Shown here piece by piece: positions 39,601-52,400 of a DNA stretch of 64,000 nucleotides. The position numbers were made by a program, and so were the translations under genes. Numbering within the stretch: the stretch's first letter is position 1; each line of letters begins with the position of its first letter. Origin of the DNA: Lama glama (taxonomy: Eukaryota); NCBI GenBank assembly GCA_028534125.1, contig CM052818.1, positions 1,800,001 through 1,864,000 on the forward strand, written 5' to 3'. Under the pieces are notes generated by a model, which saw only the letters and a list, made by a program, of their open reading frames with translations, searched no databases and had not been told where the DNA came from.

Positions 39601-42600
39601 TTTTATTTGGAAATAATTATAGATTCACAGGAAGTTGCAAAGAGAGTGCAAGAGTGGTCTCACGTCCCATCCAGTTTCTCCCAGTGGCTTTTCACATAAT
39701 TATAGTGAAATATATCAAAACCAGGAAACTGACTCTGTGTATGTATATTTTGGTACCATTTCATCAGAGCTGTAGATTTGTATAATTACCACTGAAAAAA
39801 AAATCAAGAGACAGAATGAGTCCATCACCACAAAGATCTCACTTAAAAGATTATGATCATTCACTAACTTTCTACTTGCCTCTACTCTCCCTAACCCTTG
39901 GCAACCGCTAATCTGTTTTTCGTCTCTATAATTTTGTCATTTCAAGGTTGGATGAGTGGATTTATTCAGTACATGATCTTTTGAGATTGGCTTTTTTTTT
40001 TCCCCCACAGAGCATATTGCCCTGAAGAGCCACCCAAGTTATTGCATACATCAATAATTTGTTCCTTTTTGTGGCTGAGTAGTATTCCAGGGTATAGATG
40101 TACCACAGTCTGTTTAACCATTCAGTCATTAAAGGATATTTGGGTTGTTTCCAGTTTTTGGCTATTACAGATATTATGTTGAGGTAACTTTCTTCTATTC
40201 CTAATTTGTTGAGTGGTTTTTTTTTTTCATGAAAAAATGTTGAATTTTGTCAAATGCTCTTTCAGCATCAGTTGAGATCATAATATCATTTCCTCCCAAT
40301 CATTCTGTGAATGTGACGTATTACATTGATTGAATTTTGTGTACTGAACCATTCTTGCATTCTAGGATCAAGTATCCCACTTGATCATGGCGTATGGTCT
40401 TTAGAATGTGCTGTTGATTTCTGTTTGCTAGTAGCTTGTTAGGACTTCTTCTTCCATCAGGGGTATTGATCTGTAGTCTTCTTTTCTTGCAGCATCTTTG
40501 TCTGACTGTGGTATCAGGGTAGTGCTGCCCTTACAGAAAATGAGTTTGGAAATGTTTCCTTTTCTTTAATTTTTCTGGGAAAGGTTTGGAGAGGATTGGT
40601 GTTAGTTATTCTCTAAATATATGGTAGAATTTACCAGTGAAGTCATATGGTCCCGGACTTTTCTTTGTTGGGGAATGATTTGCAAATATTTTGTTGGAGA
40701 TTTTTTCACCTATGTTTATGATAATATTTAGTAGTTCTTTGGTACTATCTCTGTGTGATTTTGGTATCAGAATATTGGCCTAATGAGATTTCTTAGGAAA
40801 GATTTTCTCCTCTTCTATTTTTTGGAAGAGATTGTATAAAATTGCTGTTTCATCTTTAACTGTTTGGTAGAGTTCTCCAGTGAAATCACCTGGGCCTGGA
40901 CATTTCTTTTTAGTAGTAAATTCAATTTATTTAATGGTTAGGAGACTATTTTAGATAATCTATTTTATTTTGGTTGAGTTTATGGTTTGAAGAATTGGCC
41001 CATTTCTTCTACGTTGTTGAGTTTGTGGGTGTGAAGTTGCCTATAGGATTCTCTTACTATCCTTTTAAAGTCTTCAGGATTTGTAGTGATAGCCCCTGTT
41101 TGTGCCATCTCTCTTATTATTTTATCATTCTAAAGGTTTATCAATTTTGTTAATTTTTTCAAAGAAGATGCTTTTAGTTTTATTGCCTTTATTATTCTCT
41201 TGTTTTGCTTTCATTGATTTCGACTTTTCTCTTCTTTTAAAAGTGTTTTAGTACTTTTTCCTTCCAGTTTTATTGAGATATAATTGACATACAGCACTGT
41301 ATAAGTTTAAGGTGTACGGAATAGTAATTTGTCTTCTGTAAAACGTGAAATGATTATCGCAATAAGTTTAGTGAACGTGTATCTCATTTGGATACAAAAT
41401 TAAAGCAACAGAAAATTTTTTTCTTATGATGAGAACTCATAATTTATTCTCTTAATGACTTTCATATATGGCATACAGCAGTGTTAATTATATTTATTAT
41501 GTTGTACATTACATCCCTAGTACTCAATTATCTTATAACTGGAAGTCTGCAACTTTTGGATGAATGCCCATTCATCCATTTCCTCTCCCACCATCCCCGC
41601 CTCTGGTAACCACATATCTGATTTCTTTTAATATGAATTTGTTTGGTTTTGAAGTATACTTAACCTACAGCACTATGCTAGTTCCTGTTAAACAGTTTCA
41701 CGATTTGGTGTTTTTATACACTTCAAAGGGTTCACCACAATAAGTCTAGTTACACTGTGTCACCATAAAAAGATACTACACAGTTACTGACCATATTCCC
41801 CACACTGTACCTTTTACACCTGTGACTCATTTATTTTGCAGCTGAAAGTTTGCACCTCTTAATCTCCCCCACCTATTTCTTTCCTCCCCTCTCCCCTCTA
41901 GAAACCACCAGTTTCTTCTTTGTATCTATAGCTCTGTTTCCATTTTGTTATGTTTGTTCATTTGTTTTTAGGGTCCACACATAAGTGAAATCATACAGTA
42001 TGTGACTTATTTCACATAGCATAATACCCTCTAGGTCCAACCATGTTGTTGCAAACAGTGAGACTTCATTCTCATTTATGGCTGAGTAATATTCCATTGT
42101 ATATATATATATACACCACATCTTCAGCCACTCCTCTATTGATGGGCACTTGGGTTGCTTCCATGTCTTGGCTATTGTAAATAATGCTTCAATGAACATG
42201 GGGGTTCATGTATCTTTTCTATTTAGTGTTTTGTTTTCTGTAGATAAATACCCAGGAGAGGAATTCTGGATCATATGGTAGTTCTATTTTCAATTTCTTG
42301 AGGAATCTCAGTACTGTTTTCCATAGTGGCCGCACCAATTTACATTCCCATGGATAGTCCATGGGGGTTCCATTTTCTTCACATCCCTGTTATTTGTCGT
42401 CTTTTTGATAATAGCCCTTCTGACAGGTGTGAGGTAATACTGCATTGTGGTTTTGATTCACATTTTCCAGATGCAAAATTTGTCTTGTTCCTTTGTATGG
42501 AACATAGTCCTCTGTCATCTCATTTTTCCTAATTTGTTGTTTTTATTTCTATGTATTTGTTAGATGGGTTATGTTTTCTAGCCCTGGAGTAGTGGACTTC

Positions 42601-45600
42601 TGTAGGAGACGTCCTGTGCATTCCAGCAGCATAGTCCCCTCTGGTCACCAGAGCTACGTGCTTTGAAAGTGACCCATATGTGGGCTACATGGGTCCTTCT
42701 GTTGTGGCAGACTGACGACTGTGGGTGGTCTGGTAGGCATGGCTGGCCCCTGGTCCAGCTGACCACCAGGCCCTGCCTCGTGTGGAGGCTGCTGGCTGCT
42801 GGCTGCTGGGTGGCAGGGTTGGGTCGCCCGGCAGATCAGTGGGTCCTGGGGCTAGCACTGGCCCACTGGCGGTGGAGCCTTGCTCTGGAGTGCATGGCTG
42901 TAGGGCCAGGGGTCCCGGATCTAGTCTTGACCTGCAGATGAGTGGAACCAGTTCCTGACCCAGCTGGCTGTGGGGTCCAGGGTGCCCCAAAGCCGGCGTT
43001 GTCTTGCTGATGATTGGGGCTGGATCTTGGAGTGGCTGGTTGAGGGGTCCAAGGTGTTTGAGAGCTGCTATCTGCTTTCTGGTGGGGGCAATGTGGCCCA
43101 GGAGTCCTAGGATTAGTGGCAGCTCACTGATGGGCAAAGCTTGGCTCCTGGTTCTCTGACTACAGGGCCCTGGGGGTCCCAGAGCCAGTGTCAGCCTGTT
43201 GGTGGGTGGGGCCAGATCCTAGGGGAGCTGGCTGAGGGGCCCAAAGTGTCTCAAAGTTGGTGTTGATCTGCTAGTGGGCAGGGCCATGACTCAGGAGATC
43301 TCGGGGCTGGTGCTGGCCTGCTGATGAGAGGGCTATGTCTTGCTATGGCCAACTGTGCGGCTGCTGTGGTCCTAGGGTTGGTGTCTACCAGTTGGTGGTT
43401 GAGGCCAGGGCTCAGTGAATTCCTTATGCTGGTGCCCACCCATTGGTGGGTGAGGCTGAGTCCCAGAGCTAGTGCTGGCCCACTGGTGGGTGGAACTGGA
43501 TCCCTGGGTCTCTGGCTGCAGGACCCTGGGGCTCTTGGAGGTGATGTTTCGGCCTGCTGGTGGATAGGGTGGGCTCAGTGGGTCCTGAAGCTGATGCCTA
43601 CCTCCTGATAGGTGGAGCCTGGTCCCTGGGTTTCTGGTTATAGGCTCCTGGGGGTCCAGGGTCTTGTGCTGATACACTGTGTTTTGGGCTGAGTTCCAGG
43701 CCCCCTGGTGGACAGGGCCAGGTCCCCGGACTAGGGCTGGTACACTTGTGGGTGGTGTGGGTCCCTGGGCAGCTGGGGGCTCAGGAGGTCCTAAGGCAGC
43801 CAGCCTGCTGGTGGGTGAGTCTGCATCTCTGGCTGGCTAGTTGCACTGGTGCCAAAAGGCTGTTAGGTGGGGCTGGGTCCCAGTGTTAATAAGCTGGAGG
43901 GAGGATTCCAAAATGGAGCTGGCCAGCACCACTGTCCATGTGGTGGAACGAGCTCCCCAAATGGCTGCAGCCAGTGTCTGCGTCCCCAGGGGGAGCTCCA
44001 GGTGCCCCCTCTCTCTCTCGGGAGACTTTCCAAGATCGGCAGGTGGGTCTGCCCGAGGTTCCTTTCAACCTACTCTTTCTGCCCTGTGTCCCAAAGCACG
44101 TGAGATTCTGTGTGTGCCCTTTTATATGTCAATTATCAGCCTGTTAGTATCAACATTTTAGCACTTTGAGTAAAGTGTGGAGACCTTAACTCTATTTAAG
44201 TCCTTTTACCTTGCTCACCTTTAAATATTTTTGCTTCAGTCTTCAAATATGATTTCTAAAACTTTTGAGGAGAGACTCATTTATTGTATATACTCATTTA
44301 TCTTTTCTTTCTATTGTTTTATCTTCCTGATGTTCCAAGATTCCTCCTTGTATCATTTCCTTTCCGTTTAAAGAACTTCCTTTTGCCATTCTTCAAGGCG
44401 AGCCACAAATTCTCTTTTTATTCATCTGAGGATGTGTATTTCCCCTTCATTCCTGAAGAACAGTTTTACCCCGTGGAGAAGTCACAGTTGATAGTTCTTC
44501 TCTTTCAGCGTTTGATAAATGTTATGCCATTTCCTTCTGGTCTCAATGGGTTCAGATGGGAAATTTGTTATTCAAATTGGTGTTCCCTTACAGCTAATGC
44601 GTCATTTCTATTTGGCAATTTCAAGATCCCGCCCTCATCTTTAGTTTTCACAAATTTAATTATGATGTATCTTGGCATGGATTTCTTTCGAATTTATCCT
44701 GTTGGTGTTCATCCAGTTATTTTTTGATCTGTGGGTTTATGTCTTTTGCCGAATTTGGGATTTCAGCCATTATTTCTTTGAGGATTTTTTTTTTTTTTTT
44801 AGCACCTCCCCTCCTCTTCTGCTTCTGGGACGGCAATGATACGAATGTTGGGTCTTTTGTCATTTTCAAATAGATCCCTGAAGCTCTGTTTATTTTTCTC
44901 AGTCTTTTTGCTCTCTGTTGTTCAGATTGGGCAAATTCTATTAATCTATCCTCAAGGTCACTAATTCTTTCCTGTGTCTTCTCTAGTCTACTCTTAAGCC
45001 TATCCAGTAAGATTTTCTTAGAAAAAAAAAAAGTCTGTTATTAATACACTTTTCAGTTCTATAATTTCTACTTGCTCCTCTTTTATAGTGTCTGTTTGCT
45101 GAAATTTTCTATTTTTTCCATTTGTTTCGAGATAACTTAAAATGGTTTACTGAAGCATTTTTATGATACATGCTTTAAAATTTTTGACAGACAATTTCAT
45201 GTTCTTGCCGGCATCAATTGATTGCCTTTCCTCATTCAAATTGTGGTTGTCTTGATTCTTGGTATGCTGGGTGAATTTTTTAAAATTGTATCCTGTGTGT
45301 TTTGGATTTGGGTTTTATAAAAATGTTTAATTTCAGTAGTCAGTCACCCTGTTTAGGTTTAGCACAAAAGTCCTGACTTCCTTTTCTGAGCTATAGTTTC
45401 AATGAAAATTTAATTTTTGGAATGTTTTCGGTGTGATTTTGATCTACTTAGTTTATCTAGAGCCAGGGAGGCTCCCACTGGCCCTACTGATTGATGCTGC
45501 GTGAGAGAGCGGAAGGGGGCTCTCCAGACTGGGTTGCCTGCTGCTTCTGTGTGAGAGAAGGGAGTCTCCAGCCTGCAGGGATAAAGAGCTCTTCCGGGGC

Positions 45601-45990
45601 TGGGCACTCGTTGTGGCAGGAGAGTCCCTGCCTTGAACAAAGGAGAGAGTTCCCCAGGCTGAGTGCCAGCTGTGGCGAGGTCACCCTAGCTGGTGAGGCT
45701 TGGGCTCCCGGCGTCTCTGGGAGGGAGTGAGGAGTGTCAGGCTCGCAGGGCTGAGGGTCCCTGCCAGGTTGAGTGCTTGCCTTGAATATTGAAGCTTTCT
45801 ATTAAAACTGGGCAGAATGACTTCTTTCACACTATTCTTCTTTTCAGCCTTGTTCTAGCTACTCTAATTCTTTTGTTTTTTGATAGAAATGTTAGGATAA
45901 TCTTATCTATATTTATAAAAAAAAATCTTGCTGGGATTTTCATAGAAATTGCGTTCAGTCTGTGTATCGATTTGATGATTATTGACATCT
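39601..45990 (-). mobile_element. Nested L1 block: old L1MC/MD-like host (3' end at 39601, ORF2 to ~41240, ORF1/5' part ~44130-45780, displaced ORF2 piece ~45790-45990)
   Basis: TTTATTTGGAAATAATTATAGATTCACAGGAAGTTGCAAA is an old L1 3' end in antisense; ORF 45827-46078(-) reads RLNAISMKIPARFF..IDKIILTF, like L1 ORF2p. Confidence 0.85.
41255..44122 (-). mobile_element. Younger L1 inserted in the block: 3'UTR and ORF2 C-terminus (41255-42475) abutting ORF1 start and GC-rich repetitive 5'UTR (42480-44122)
   Basis: ORF 41948-42199(-) MFIEALFTIAKTWKQPKCPS...MEYYSA is the L1 ORF2p C-terminus; recurring CCACTGGTGGGTG units in the 5'UTR. Confidence 0.8.
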
Positions 45991-48900
45991 CGGCAGTACA
46001 AAGTTGAGATGGGGAGGGGTCCGGGAAGGGAAAGATGGAAACTAATGTTATCCCAGAGGAAGGGGAAGGAGCTAGCAAGACAGCGAGTGGGCTGGGAGGC
46101 TGGGAAATGACACTTTAAGAGTGGAGAGGCACTGAGCTGAAACTGCTGTTGCTCCATGTGAGGCTGTTTGAATTATTATCATGTCAAATATTCCTCCTTC
46201 AAAATTAAGTCTACCATGTGCCAAGGGCTTTGTATGACTGTGTGTGTGTATTCTGAAAAGTTGAAGCAGGACTGAGTTGCAGCGTCTGAGTTCCTGAATA
46301 CAGAGGTATTAAGAGGCACAGAAACAGGAGTGCGGGACCCAGGGTCAGAGGGTAGGCAGCATGTGTGCCCCTGGGGACCCCAGGGCTTGTCCCTTGTATA
46401 ATCAGTGGGGATGGAAGAAGCTGAGTCTTTTTTTACCTACCTCTTAAGGCCAGAGGAACCTAGCTGGCGTCTTTGGTTTGTTCCCATTCTGCTCTAAAAA
46501 CAACCAGAGTTGGAAATTCCCCCAACAGTCCTCTATCAATTTGAAAAGTGAACAGGGAAAAAGAAGATGAAATTAATCGGACGTGGTGGAATGATTCCTA
46601 TCAGGGATAGAAAAGGCCCACGGGACAGGTGTGGGTTGTGCAAAAGCCCTGGTCTTCCTTCTTCTCAGGCGATGTCAACCCTTCCTAGAGGGAGGGTTAA
46701 CACTAACAGTCGCCTCCACAGGTGTTTTCTCACTCCCACACTCCCTTTTTCTTCTCCAGGATTTAGAACCAGTTTTCCATCCCTTCGAAGGGATGAGAGA
46801 TTAGAGAAAAAAGACGAGGAGCTTGAATCAACCCGACCCCATCACCACCGCCACTCTTAAACTCCCAGACCTCCAGGTACCACCCAAAGGCCCCTACGAC
46901 CCCAGCAGAGCCCTTTCAAGACCAAATCTTAGTTCCATTAAAAAAAAAATGGAATGTTTTTTGGAGCTGGTAGCAAGAATGAAAAATCATCCTCAAGTTT
47001 AAACTCCCTCTGCTTGGGTGTTGGAAGATGCATCAGCCGCCTCTGAGGGCTGTCACCTGGGAACACCTCCCGAGGTGTTCAGAACAGCAGATGCTAAGCC
47101 TGTCCCGTGGACTTGAGACACAACACACACACCTTTGCCTGCCATGAGCCAGATGTCTCTTCTTTAACAATTTCATAATTTAAATCTTGATTAACTTCCA
47201 TAACTCATGATAACTCAATACCCCAGGTGGGGCAGCGCTTGGTTATAAAAAGCATTACAAATTTCTAAGTATGTACTGTGTACCGTTCCGCCTGCCAAGA
47301 TGACATCGGGGCCCTGGGTGGAAACAGCGCTGGCTCACAGAAAGGCAGGTTTCAGACCACAGTCCCCAGAACTGCCCCCTTCTGCTTGCTTCTCTCTTCT
47401 CCCGCGGGGCAGGTACAGAGCAGGTGGCCGTGGAAAGTGGGGGACGTACAGGAGCCTGGCCCCGCCGGAGGGCACCCGGGCGCTCTGGTTCTAGGCTGGC
47501 AGTCCTGGGAAGATTGGTATAGGATGGAGAGAAGCCCAAACTAATCTTTGCCAAGTACAGAAAGGCCCGGAAGTGGAGATTAGCAGGCAAGGGAACCCTA
47601 AAGATGGGGAGTTCAGTGGAGGTCACCAGCCTGCTTAATCCTTCTTGGCTTTCGGGAGCATTTGACGCCAGGACGGCCCCTCCCTGGCATTCCAAAAGGC
47701 TGGGCGAGTGAGTGTCACAGGAGGAGCTCTCTGGCAGGACCCCCCAGTCCTAGCTGCTGTGAAGCGGGAGCAACCACCTCAGTTTGTCCAGAACATTGCT
47801 GGTTGTACCCCTGAAAGTCCTGTGCCCCAGGAAACCCTGGGAAGTCCTGGGAGAACAGGGATGGCTGTGGACCAGATTTCTGTGTGTGGCTGTGGAAGTC
47901 CTTTACATCCCACTCGTGGGGCAGCCCTGAAAACCAAGTCTGGTGCTCACACGTTGGCTGAATGCACCTTAGAGGATCTCCCGAAGATGAAGCGTTATCA
48001 AGCCTGATGGAAAATCCCCCTTCCGACCAGCTGCCTTCTCAAGCAGGGATCGGAGCATCTCTACCTGGGACGCACTCCTGGAGAATCCACACCCAATCTG
48101 CAGCCATTCTAACCCCCACCTCCTGTCTCCTGGGAAGGCAGGCAGAGCCTTCCCGTCGTCACTAGGACACCAGGAGGCCAGGGGCCCTCTTCCACAGCCT
48201 CGCAGCTCCCCTCGGGAAGCAGCTACTGCTGGTTTTGCCTCCCTGCCTCTCCACCTCCAGACATTGTCCCTCCTGTACTTCCGGGCTGGGACGTGCTGAG
48301 GTCACCCAGGCAGAAACGTGGACTTCACTCCGGCAGCTGCGGAGCAGCTCTCTGACGGCCTCTCATGGAAAACGTCAAAGCGTTCCAAGAAACGTCACAG
48401 ACCAGTGAAGTGTGCTCTCTCCCTTTTGCCTGCAGGGAATTTGATGCCAAAGTCACGTGACAGTCAACATTGGAATTACCCTCCGGGGTGCTTTGTCCCC
48501 AGCTCTCTGTGCAGTCCCCACTTTGTGCCCGATCTGGGTGGATGCACAGGTGACTTCTCTGCATCAAGGACCCAGAGCTAGAAGCCAAGTCTAACGCCTC
48601 TCACCGTGCAGGATGCTGGAGGAGGTAGAATGGTAACCACAGCAGTGTTCGATTCATAAATGTTTTCTATTCTCTGCATTTGTATACTTCTAAGTCATCG
48701 GTCTGTTGTGGTTCACATGCACACACAAAACTTTAAGAACATGAGATTTGTCCCAGGTAGGAGACAACAAGGGAGGTGAGGAGCAGGGCATGGGACCACA
48801 TCCCTCTGAGGACAGCCACTGTGCCCGAAGATGTCTGGGCCCAGAGCTATGGAATGGCAGGCAGCCTGGTGGGACAGAGCCCCCAGCTGGTGGATGGGAG

Positions 48901-49369
48901 GAGAGGGGGGAGCTACACATCCCTCTGGCTTCTCCCCACTCTGCCAGCATCTCCAGGCCCGGTTAGAATGGAGTTCAAAGCCACAGGGAATTCCTTTCTG
49001 CCTTGTGTGTCCCTGAGAGCATGCTCCTGGATGGGCAGACAGTGGAGCAGAAACAGTGCATTGCTGCAGGCCCAGAGTGACCACGAACACTGGCCTGGGG
49101 GAGCCCCAAGCTCTGAGCCTGACCTCAGACTGCATTTGTGGAAGAGACTTCTAACCTGGGGTCCCTGGATGGCTGCAGAGGCCTCTCCACCCCGGCAGTG
49201 TATTTCCCGTGTTCGTGGGATGTGCCTTCTCGGAGGTGAGAGTTCATAGCTTTCCGAGCTTCTCAAAGGGGTCCAAGGAATCTGCAGGGAGGTTAAGAAT
49301 GATGCTCTCCATTTATGCCAGTAGTGGTAAACAAGAACAGAGCATCTCTATTCATCTTTTTCTACGTCC

Positions 49370-49470
49370 CAGGCCCCATTCTCCCCTTTTATGGATGAGG
49401 AAACTGAGGCTCGGAGTGCTAAGTGATTTGTCCAGGTTCCCACAGCTAGAAAGTTGGAGTCCTCAAACAG
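49370..49470 (-). mobile_element. MIR fragment
   Basis: TTTTATGGATGAGGAAACTGAGGCTCGGAGTGCTAAGTGATTTGTCCAGGTTCCCACAGCTAG. Confidence 0.75.
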
Positions 49471-52400
49471 AGGTTAATTTGGGGGCGTTTCTGCTGACAA
49501 GGGGAGGAGCAGGGTGGGCCCCACTGTGCAGCTTGCATGAAGCCCTGGGCCTCTCCTGGCTCAGTGCACAGACTGCAGAAGTTGGGATGTCTGCCCGATG
49601 GGCCTGCGGCACTGGTGCTGGAGCTCCAGGTCGGTGCGAAAGCTGGCAGGCGTGGCCTCTCCCTTCCCTCTTAAATGGCGGCACAGAAGGGGCTGAACAA
49701 AGGGACCAGGAGGCCCCTCCAAGGGCTCTGAGGTAGTCAGAGGAAGGGCAGCACCACGTATCCCTTTTTCTGGCCTTTAAAGGGCCCTGGAGCTGGAGGT
49801 GACCCTGGGGGGCTCCTTGGCAGTGGCAGGCTGGGATCTCCGCCTCGGAGGCTGGGAAGCGTGATGCGAGCACGGAGAAGAGTCAGGGCATGTGTGGGCT
49901 CAAACTGGAGAAACAGCATAAGTTGTGTCCTGAGGGGCCAAACGGGCAGCCTTAAGACGGTGTGGGAGATGCCGATGAGGCACACATGCTTAAGAAAACG
50001 ACCTGGGGGTCAGGGCTGGCCCCAAGCTGGCAGCGAGCAGCACTGAGAGAGTGGGTTGCGGGGTGGGGCCCACGACAGGGTGTGGAAGGGCTGAGAGCCG
50101 GGAAGTGATCCTTCCTCAGCCCTCAGCATCAACCCCGCCCTCCCTGGAGTGTCCTGTCCTCTGCAGGGCAGGCTGATGTCTGGTCTGGAGGTGGGGGACC
50201 CCTGGGCTGGTCCCCTGCCTGTGTGCCGAAAGGGGGTGCCCTTCTCTGTCCCTCAGGCTCCCCTCACACGTTCATCCTCTCAGACCGAGGCGGGGTGTGA
50301 GGGGTGCGGGGAGGAGTGAGGTGAGGAGGGACGCGAGGGCCCCGCGGGGCTGGGCCTTGGAGGCTGCCCTGTGTTCGCAGTCTGCCCTCAGCGCCGCCCT
50401 TTCCCGGCACTTTCACTGCCTCCTGTCTGTCGGTCCCCTGTCTGTCAGTCAGCAGGCTGAGTCAGAGATGCTCTGGGGCTGGGGGCCGCCTGCCAAGGGC
50501 CTGACTCACTGAGAATGACTGACTGATTTCCCCAGCCTCTGCACCTCCCTGTCACAACACGCTGAGGGGGTGAGGGCTGGAGACACACAGGGCATCTCTC
50601 TCCGGGACGGCAACTCCCACAGCAAGGGGCCCTCGGCTTCTGCCCCAGACAGAAGCACCTTCAGCCACTGGCAAGACCCTCCTATGGGGGCTTCTCACCA
50701 CTCCCGAGCCTGACACAGATTATGGATGCGCTCAGCGCACGCGTGGTGATGGCACAAGTGATTCCCGCTTCACTGATGGCTGAAAATGACACCCAGCCTT
50801 CTCCAGCCCACGTAGGGTGGTGTAGACCCCTGGCCCCCTCAATTCCACAGGACAGGAAAAGCCACACTGATTTTTGTGCCGTGGTCCAAAAAGACATTTT
50901 CCGAACACCTCACTTAGTCCCATCAATTCTGATTTCACATTTTATTTAAATGAGAAATAACTCACAGACTTTCAAGCTAAAGGGGTAAAATTGAATGAAG
51001 GATTTGGGCAGGGAGTGAGCCTTTGAGTCTGCGTGCTATGGAGCAGCTCTTCAGAGCAAACTGCACTCCCGAGATGGGGACCTGGGCCTCCGGGCTGAGG
51101 CCACCAGCCCCTGGGACTGGCGGGCAGAGTGCCCTGGTCCTGCGCCTCTGCTCCTGAGCTGCCACAGGGCCAGTTGAGGACCGAGGTCCTCGTGATGTCA
51201 GAGCTGGGGCTGCAGGGCCACAGGTGCGGCGTGGTGGGCAGAGGAGGGCAAGGCTGAGGAGCTGGTGCCACAGGGACCACTCTGAGGATGAAGGTCCAGG
51301 CACACAGCATCCTGTGCTTAAGGCTTTTGTCAGTAGAGATGCTTTCATTTACAAGCATCAGGAAACGGGACCCACTGGCATCCAGAGCCTCCAGGTCAGG
51401 CACACTGGTTCTGGGGTTCAAGTGGAATCCTTCATCTGATCATGTCTGGCTCCATTCTGAGTGAGTGGGAGGCAGGCTGGCCACGGGACGCCCTGTCCAC
51501 GCAACCCCAGTGGAGAGAGAGCTCTCTCTCGCAGTTCAGGCAATGATGCAGAGTAAGGCTCTGGCTGTGGGCAGGGACCGAGTGTGTGGTTGGCCAGTGA
51601 AGTCACGTGCTTGTCCCCATGGGGTAGTGGCGGGACGAGTGCCTGAAGGGAAAGAGGACCTTCCCAAAGGACCATGAGGAGGGTGGGACGCCTGCCTCCC
51701 CTATCCCCTCTGCGATGCCTGGACCGCGGTGCACACAGGCATTTGCAGCTCTGACTCTTGTTAGCTGTGTGACCAAGTGGGTCCTGACCTACCACGAGGC
51801 TAGCAGTTTGGGAAAGATAAAAGACCTGCGGGGACTTGGATGGTTGACTGTAGCAGAACTGGTTTCTCCATAGCAGAGAGAATTTCTGTCTAGCCCCAGG
51901 CAGATAACCTTCCCCAGGGAAAGTTTTTTGCTTGCGTCCAGCAGAGACCCATGACTAGGCTGCACCCATTTGCTGGGTCTTCTGGGGGAGTTGATAGGGG
52001 GAAGGTCCAGCCCTAGGTATTTGCCAGCAGGGGTATTTGGGTCCCTGTTGCCCACCTCATCTGGGGGAGAGCAGGGCCAGATGTGGCTCTGGGGAGCAGG
52101 ACCACGGTTGTGAGGCTAGTAGGCTGCACGTTAAGACAGCACCCAACCCGCCCCCTGGGTAACGCAGCTCTCTGCCCTTCCACCTTCTACTGGAACAGGT
52201 TGCTCTGGGCACTGGGCCGAGGCCAGTTTGGGGGTTTCTTCAGGAGGCTAGCTCCCTCTTTGGGAGGCCAGGCCAAAGACTCCCTTTTGAATGAGCTAAC
52301 TCTCACCTCTCAACTCCCTCCCATGGCGCAGCCACAGACCATCAGATCCTGAACCATCATCTTCCCAACACCCCGCCTCCTGCCGGATGGAGTCGGGCAG

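Noticed and set aside
42700..43800. Quasi-periodic GC-rich repeats resembling an array or a novel gene
   Set aside because: They are internal repeats of an L1 5'UTR; there is no repeat-spacer structure and the ORFs are not coherent
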